Of a stretch of DNA of 64,000 nucleotides, positions 52,638 through 64,000 are shown in pieces (position 1 is the stretch's first letter; each line of letters begins with the position of its first letter). The DNA is taken from positions 3,553,454-3,617,453 of the forward strand of contig NW_002060946.1 of NCBI RefSeq assembly GCF_000150275.1, given 5' to 3'. This stretch comes from Trichoplax adhaerens (taxonomy: Eukaryota; Animalia; Placozoa). The notes beneath the pieces were generated by a model. That model saw only the letters and a list, made by a program, of their open reading frames with translations, was not told the origin of the DNA and searched no databases. The translations under genes were made by a program, and so were the position numbers.

Positions 52638-53239
52638 TTTCCTTCTCCAATTTTTATTCTACTCTTCTATCGACTCCAATTCGTTTAATCCTAGGTCGTA
52701 AAAGCATTTCATTCAGCTCTTCTTCCTAGCTGATTTCATTACGATCGCATAGCAAGATATTTCACGTACAAGGGTAGTTATCTACTGCTCGATAAAAGTC
52801 TATATCCAAATCTTCTGCTAATACTAGCTAAGATCTATCTTAAAGCGATCTATTCGAGCTTGAAAGCATGAAAAATAGTGAAGTAAATCCAATTTTAAGC
52901 AAGTCGTGAGCAGAAATGCTGCGCCATTTTGAAGCAGCAGCAGCAGCAGCTCGCTCCTGTTATCTGCAAGAAATCTTCATACTACTAGCTGGTCGTGCAT
53001 TGACTTGAAGGAGATTATACGAGCGTGTAATCATGTACGGAGCATACAATAGCATGCAGCATTGCTCACCATAGAGTTTCTATCTAATCATTGCAGGTGG
53101 ATAGAATTTACTGTAAGACGTACTCAACTTAGCGTTATGGTATAGCCAATCGATTGCAGTACGGTATTATACAGTATACTACAATACAGTATAAGAATAT
53201 CGCCGTAAACGTACAGTACTGCAGTATAGTCAAGAAGTC
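52638..53239. promoter_or_regulatory. Bidirectional promoter ARV1/BLOC1S4
   Basis: About 600 bp between head-to-head ATGs. Contains YY1-like GCGCCATTTTG (52921-52931), a (GCA)5 run, CCAAT and TACAGTA clusters. Confidence 0.55.
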
Positions 53240-56124
53240 ATGGCGACGGCAGCTGATGGCAGCGATGATGTAGAGGAAATGGAATTATCCACCGAAGAAA
53301 TGGCCAATAGATTGTCCGAAGTCTATGCTACTTACCCAGTTGTTAACGTTGATGGCCAAGTAAGTTGTAGCTTGTGAATACCAGTTGAAAGATACGATTA
53401 GAATTAGCATTAACCGAGTCGAGTGAGCGATATTTGAGGCAGATTGCAGCGCTAGTGCTAATCTTATTGGTTGTCCTTTGATAATAATTATTGCTATAAT
53501 TATTGCTATAATTGCCTTGGAATAACGCTAAAATAACCTTAATGCAAGACTATCGAGTTGCCCAGATCCACAGTATTGTAACAATCATCTTTCATGTATC
53601 CGGTATTAAGCTTATGATTGCTGATGCTCTGTATAAACAATTGAGTTTGAAAATCAAGTTGGAAGGTTGATCTTTAAGAGTCTTCCTAAATTATTTTAAA
53701 TTTGGACACAAATTATCCCATAAAACTACGATAGCAAGGTATATTAGATGGACTATCTCCAGCTAAGGTGTAATGGTCATGGGATAAATGCTAAATAATC
53801 GTAATGAAATACTATCCAGTTGCCTACGTCTGCACTTATTGCAAGCATCATCAGAAATGTTGAAATATTGGCCTACTCAACTTGACTGCTATAATTATAA
53901 TGGAAAAATTGAAGACTACTAATTCTAAAATCGACACAGATTGTTCCATAGAACTATCACAGCAGAGTATATTTGGTAGCTTATTTTGCGTCAAGTTATG
54001 ATAGTTATGGGATGATGCTAAAGAACCTTAGTGGGATCTATCCAGTCGCCTAAGCTTGAGCTTATTACAAGAATCATCATCAGAAATGTTGCCATTTTGA
54101 CCTAATCAACTTTACTGCTATGTTAGGGGGTTTAGAACTACTGATTCTAAAATCGACACAGATTCATAGAACTACGATAGTAGAGTATATTAGGTAAACT
54201 ATCTTAGGCTAAATCATAATTGTCATTACGGTATTTGTTATACAGCTAATAACACTTATATACGAACTTACACAGATTGTGAGATGCCTCTACCATGGAA
54301 TATGCTAAGTAGCTTTACCTTGAGTTCAGTCATGATGGTCATGGAATAACGCTAGATAACCCTAATGGAATACTATCAAATTGCCCAGGCCCACAATTAT
54401 TATAAGAATCACCAGAAATGGTACTCAATTTTGTTGCAAAGTTAATGATTACTGAAATTCACAGATTCTCAATTCTCCACATTCATAACAGCAGTTACGA
54501 TCGATGTAGATATTTAAAATTATTTAGAATGCTTAAAGGTTCTCAAATTAAAGAAGTTCAAGCTATTTATATCGTGCATCAGCAGTCACAAGCTTTATAA
54601 TAAATACAGTAAAAATGGCTTCTGTAATACAGTAGGTTAAATTATCTTGGGCTAAAGTCACTCCTTTATATCTAATTAAAACATACGTCTATCTCCTACT
54701 TTTAGCAACTTTAATTGCCTTGAATCGAGTCATTGTATATGCCATTTTCATCGCATTATAGATTAAGAAATTGGAAGGCAATGTTGAATCGATGTTGCTA
54801 AGATTAGATGAATTTAGTAGCCTACTAGATCAGGTAAAGATTCCTAAGAATTGAATTCAACTGCATTTGAAAATGCTTGCTCCTAAATTAAAATCAAACT
54901 GTTGACCCCTCATTCAGCTGCGCTTTCGTTTGTTTGTATTTACTGTAGGTGCGGCAAGAATCTGAAAGTGTAACGGAAGGATATCTACCCGAATTGCAGA
55001 GTAAATGTATGGAAATGAATAAAGTTTTTGAAAAGGTTGAAAAACTTGAGGTATATTTTAGCTAGTGTTAGCAATATATCATAAATTTTTATAGGATGAA
55101 AAATACCCATTTAGAACGATACTATAACTGTCTCAATTAAGCTTTTCGATCTTTATTGGCCTCAAAAGTCTTCAATCGCATACAATGACATAACTATCTA
55201 TTTACTATTTCTAGTAAAATCTTTATGTATCAAATTTTGTACTGTCGACCTCTCCACTAAGATATATGCGTATATAGAATGAAAACTTATGCTAAGCCTT
55301 CCTATAATACAGGATTAATAATGCGACTCCTATAAAAATATACCACCGACTAAAACTTGGATAGATCCACATAGATTAGACGTTGCGACAATAACTTTTG
55401 CTAATAACTAATGATTAAACTTTATAATTATATACTACAATATAAGAACTTGTGTATCTCTTTCAGGCATTCGTAAGTATTGTCAGGAGCAATGTTGATG
55501 CTATTGAAGAACGTGTAGAATTAGCAGAAAAGGAGCTTGATACTAATACTTTTAAGAAAGCTCTAAGTTCGCTGCCACTTTCTGGATTGTTTTCTGTACG
55601 TATTGCCGCATAATTAATAATCGGTTAATGTAAAACCTTTCTTACATTTGAAACTTATCGATATTTTATGTGCCTAGAGTTATATGTACTTTGATCAGGG
55701 CTGCATAAAATAGCAATTGTTTACTATACACGAACACAAGTAGAGAATAGATGATACTTAGATACTCTCACCACACTACATTTTTACTGTATACATTTAT
55801 GCTGTTTTTTGCTTAATCATATAATTTAGTCATGCCATTAGAGCTTATTGCGTCATATCATAGAAACTTTTAAAAAACAATACTTAGAAGTCGTAATCTA
55901 TTCTTAGTTAAATTGCATTCCATTCTATTGACTTAGCTATCCAATTTAAAATTTTCCATCGCCATAAATATAAACTAAATAATATTCACCGTATATATTT
56001 ATAATACTCTTAGCGGAAAAAATCTTCGCAACAACCCAACCAGAAAATGCCCACTAAAAATTGGCAACCTCCTGAATTATTTAAGACAGCCGATTATTTT
56101 CAAAGTAGCCAAACTGACCAGTAA
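53240..56124 (+). CDS. BLOC1S4: BLOC-1 subunit 4 (cappuccino)/BCAS4 family
   Basis: Exons 53240-53359, 54762-54833, 54949-55050, 55467-55595, 56014-56124, all phase 0. Motifs MLLRLDEFSSLLDQVR, VFEKVEKLEAFVSIV..NVDAIEERVELAEKEL and WQPPELFKTADYF. Not present in the ORF track. Confidence 0.9.
53500..54470. repeat. Degenerate tandem duplication (4 copies, ~230-330 bp) in BLOC1S4 intron 1
   Basis: Core GGAATAACGCTAxATAACCxTAATGxAATACTATCxAGTTGCC...AATCAxCAGAAATG near 53519, 53781, 54009 and 54343. Confidence 0.75.
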
Positions 56125-58482
56125 CCTGGAAAATACTCAACCAATTGACTCTATAGAGCCAAGCTTAACGAATAAATCCATTTCCAAGGAGGCAAAGTTT
56201 TTCGGAAAATATTGATATCAATCTAATAATTTACTTTTTCCCTGATAACTTACAGCTTGTAAAATAAATTATATTAATTGTACTATTAGGATAAATAATT
56301 AGTGATTGTACAGGTATTTTGAAAAAATTTGACTTTATTTAACTCGCGTTAATACATTTTTACATCATCTATACGATAAACTTTCATAAATTATTGAAAA
56401 CCTGAAAAACAAGTATGACTTATGGTCGTATTAAAAAGAAATAAACGATATCTTTTAAACGAGTACTATGATTTCACAGAATTTGTATCATTGATGAAAG
56501 TATCTATGTATTTATCTACTGTGCTACAATACAAGTTATTAAATAATTACAAGTGTTGCCTGTCATAGTTTATAAATAAACTGCCTACCTATCTTTGCAG
56601 TAGCTTTAAGTAGGTATTGCATTTTCAACTTAACACACTGTCATTTAAGATGTAATAATGTATTTTTTATGTCCACTTACAGTACAGCGATGTTTTAAAT
56701 TAACCAGTTACGCCTATTTTGAAATTTATTGACTTATTAAATCACGCAAATACGTAATCTATGTTTTTTTTGATGTACGTGTTTAGTAGTTCATGATATA
56801 GACGACGTATTGAGAGCTCACGGTGCCTGTGATACATTTATAGCTCATTTAAGTAGCATTTGCAAACTCTACATAAAGCCAACCTGTAAATACGCAGCCT
56901 ATGATACATCTAGTAGTACTGGTAGGTCATAGCATACAGTGCATGATGTCTTTAGCAATTTTATAATATACATACAATATATTTAGAGCTGCTACTGATA
57001 TCCAGACTTCATATTGTACTCGGTGCATTTAGTAGAATCCAATTATCATAGTAAATAGGCACTTTAGTACACGGTATAAAGTTACTGAGCCTCTGACAGG
57101 TCTATCAAATGGTAATACTATCTGTTAAATGAGCACATTATCGTAAACCGTCAGCAAAGCGACGGGAGTTTGTACTAGTAATACTAATTTTAAAGCAGCA
57201 CTCGGCCTGTAAACCCGGATAAAGTACATGATAGGCATTATTAAGAAATAGAGGCTATAATCCTATTATGATGAGCTAGACCCGTTATTGTATTGCACTG
57301 GTAGTATTTGTAATATGTATATCCAGTTACTAGTGTTATACAATTAATATATGATGCATTTAACAGTTCCTGATGTAGAAGATGTACACTTGTACAGTAT
57401 TTACTCAATACTATTTACAGCTCCCAATAAATACGTATTCGATCTATTTAGACCTCATGACGCACGTAGTGAACTTAGCAATCATAAGTTAACATTTGCA
57501 AACTGCTGTGTAGTGCTAACGATGAAATACGTAGTCAATGATATTTACAGTATGATACCTCTACTACCTTGGATCATCACACGGATATACTGTCCAACAT
57601 ATGGTGTATTTAACAATCTGTGATGTTGATGATAGATTGAGCAGATAGAGAAAAAGAGCGAATAAAGAGTGCAACTTGTAATGCTTAAAACTGTGTGAAG
57701 TTATATTGGACTACAGTAGTAATTAGATTATTAGCGCTTACGATGTACAGTACATGTACATGAGTCAACATCTGCGAACTGCTGCATGCAGTAGTACCAG
57801 ATACCACTAGATACTATATAGTATCTATAGACCAATTACAGTATATGGCTGTATGCTGTAGTATCTAGAGGTTCATGATAGTACCAACGTGTAGATATAC
57901 ATAGTCAATGATATTTCTAGTAGGTCATAGCAAACTGTATTATAATTATGCTTAGCAGTTGGTGTACACACGTAGCGAAGTAAAGAATGTGGCAGCCCAC
58001 AAATGGACATCTGTAAACTATTACCAGTAACTACGGAGTCCATGATACGATGATAGATTCGTCTATCTAGTATGACACATTTAGCAGTTGATGAAATATA
58101 TGTAGAGCTGATGGTGTATACGATGATGCATTCAGTAGTCTACGAGTTGTTACTGTCAACATTAGCAAACTACCAGATGGTGCCAACGGGCGTTGAAACC
58201 CCTTGACTGCTAAATATATCGATGGTGTTTACTTCTTTCAGAATGGATGATTATATGACGTATTTAATAGTCCATGATGTATTTAATGACTTTGAAAGCT
58301 TTTAATTATACTGTAGTCGTTCATTTTAGAGCTATTCAATAGTCCGATGAGGATTATTGACCGATTTGGACGCTGGAAAGCGCCACTAGAGAGCTCCAAC
58401 TGCTAGCCCACACATGGAAAGCAAACGTGTCAAATGGACTGTTCTGATCGCAGTACTACGCATGTGCGATGCGTTTTTTGTT

Positions 58483-58594
58483 TATATAAGGTGGGTATGT
58501 CCCTAGGCAGCCACTTAAAAGCCATCAGCTACACAAGTACCCAAACATGGCTTCTATTGATAGTAAATTAACCACGAATACGGATTTTGTATGA
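58483..58594 (+). promoter_or_regulatory. TATA box with probable first exon and uORF of the TDH transcript
   Basis: TATATAAG at 58483-58490, strong-context aaacATGG at 58547 and a GTATGA donor at 58589. A strong acceptor at 60877 lies 40 nt upstream of the TDH ATG. Confidence 0.5.
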
Positions 58595-60917
58595 TAAACT
58601 ATAGGCTCAATCCGTCAAGCGTATGATTCATCGTCGTCTACACTATACAAAAGTCTATTTTATCAAGTAGCGTTTGAGTAGTAAAAGTCGAAAGCATCAC
58701 GTTATCCCATCATCAATATATATTTAATCGATATAGTAAATAGAAAGAATAAAATTCATCGAAAAGCCCACGGGAGAACTTAGCTAGTCTTACAGCCATT
58801 GATCGACTGGCAAATTTCATCGACTAGTAGCAAGACGGAAAATACTTGGCCTAACATTACCCCTCAAGCCTGAAATTAAACCATTATTAGAGCAAGGTAA
58901 TCGATTATCATGATGTAAAATTGCGATGGTTAAAACTAATTTTCATCGCTCGGTTTCATGCTTAATCATCGTCAAGGAGACTGTTGTACAATTAGAGTAA
59001 ATTGATTACACGTTCCATCTCATCTTGGAGAGCATCACTATCGTGTCGAGATGATCATCAACAATCTTTGCAAGCAAGGCTTACGTACTTTACATTGTTT
59101 ATGATGATATGTTGTGAAAATGAATTAAACGTGCACCATGGTTCTTCATTCGCGCATAATAGAATCTTCTCTTTACCTTATCCGGGAATCGAATTCTACA
59201 TGGTTATTGGTTTGCAATAGGGCCTATTAAATAGAAACCACAACTAGATATAGTATAATGATTGCTAGTAATCGCTATATTTCTTATACGACATCTTCTA
59301 AAAGTGAAATTGATGGGTGATAAAAATGATCATTCGGCCTTGCTTTAGCAACCATTCTGTCCACCCATTAGCAACTGCCCTCTTTAATAATGAAACAATA
59401 ATGGAGTCATCAAGTGTGGTATAGTAAAAGGCATACATTACTCGAAATGGACTACGTAGAAATTTCGAGTAGTCCTTCGTAAAGCTTTTATTGTATCTAC
59501 TCTCTAGATAGGATAAAATTAGATCTGATGTACGGTAGATCAGAAATCATCGTCCACGCTTCGATGCTAGCCAATGATTCCCATCATACTGTTCGATCCA
59601 TCAACAACTCCTATCGTATAGTAAAATGTATAGACAACAATGGAGTTATTAAGCGGGGCATAGCACAGCTTTGATGGTGTAGACGATCAAAATGGTGTAA
59701 AATGAGATATTTAATAGAATAGAAATTGTCGTTAATATCGCTATCCTAAACAACATATCGTATTATTCCATCAGTTAAGAATTGCCTTCTTTCACAAATT
59801 GAAACGCTACACTTGATCCTGCAACTTTCTCAATTTCGAAAGAGCTATCACGCCATACAGATCGATTTCAACTAGCATAAAATGAGTTATAATATAGAAT
59901 AAAAAGTATCTTTGAATAGCTCTATCCAATACTTTACTAGTACTGTAATATCATGAATAATGACTAAAAGCACACTTATGTTGCTATAGTAAGATCTACT
60001 TTCAACACGAGTTGTTTAAATATCACTCTTCAGCCAAACTGAAAAAGACGTAGCCATAAGTAAAATTGACCAGTTTTCTGCTAATTGAACCATACCATCT
60101 TTCTCTTCACCTTGTATCGTCAATTTTATAACCTCACGGCTGTATTTTACTCTTATTGCAACACTTTTATTTTGTTAATGATGCTGTACTGTAAATAATT
60201 CAAAAAGAGATCGAACAGTCTACGGCTGCAGACAATTTTCAGTTGTTGCACTAGTAATTTGTCAAATAATATCCATTCCAATTCCATACCATAATTTGTA
60301 CGAGTTGAATAAACCAATAAATCTAATGGCAATCAATTTTAAATAAATCTAATTATGCTAGCAGATGTTGAAACATTTTACTAAAGCATTGACTCCAATA
60401 TCCTGTTATTAAAACAATTTATATTCATTTTCCCATCATGTCTACGGTAGACGGTCTAGCACGCAACGAAATGTTTTTACAACGTAATCTCTTCGATTTT
60501 TTTATCTTCATGCGCTAGCTTACTGTAGTTTCGTTTAGGAAAGTCCACTTTTTACTACAACTAATTTAAAGTCATGGATATTCATTACTTCCTGACCATC
60601 TTACAGTACTGGATATGATCATTTTATCTCATAATTCTATGATATAATAATTTTAAACGCTGATAAAGATAAAATATTGCATGTCAAGTTTTATTTGCTT
60701 CTCTATTCAACCTCGTACTACCAACTAATCGTTAAGCTAAAGTGTTGAATACAATTCTTTGCAAATGGTCTATTCGTTCCTTATACTCATTCGTTGTAAA
60801 TCATGGATAAGAAATCTATGTCAATTATTTTACTTCTGGTAGATTATCGTAATAACACATTGTTTCTATTTCCATAGGATTCGTTATAGCCTTAAGATAT
60901 AGGAAAGATCAATCAGT

Positions 60918-64000
<3,083 letters not shown>

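Overview
AT-rich, compact, intron-rich animal genomic DNA. Short GT-AG introns, pervasive TACTGTAC/GTACAGTA motifs and the gene content suggest a placozoan such as Trichoplax; this is an inference. I spliced ten protein-coding genes by hand: cyclin E (+), SmB/SNRPB (-), a BtpA/SgcQ-family gene (+), a TP53INP/DOR-family gene (-), a Crypton-derived DUF3504 gene (+), CHMP4/Snf7 (+), FHOD formin (+), intronless ARV1 (-), BLOC1S4/cappuccino (+, absent from the ORF track) and mitochondrial threonine dehydrogenase (+, runs off the window). Several locus-specific tandem repeat arrays lie in promoters, introns and 3' regions. No rRNA, tRNA or CRISPR array was recognised. The most notable candidates are: (1) an apparently catalytically dead, domesticated Crypton tyrosine-recombinase protein carrying an eh1/Groucho-type motif and a duplicated C-terminal F-x-x-C motif; (2) a TATA-driven Thr/Ser-rich uORF upstream of threonine dehydrogenase; (3) a pre-miRNA-like hairpin at an orphan promoter-like site; (4) a palindromic higher-order repeat filling the SNRPB/BtpA bidirectional promoter; (5) six symmetrical phase-1 exons building the SmB tail; (6) gene linkages that recall vertebrate paralogous chromosome regions. 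All family assignments come from recalled motifs, not database searches.
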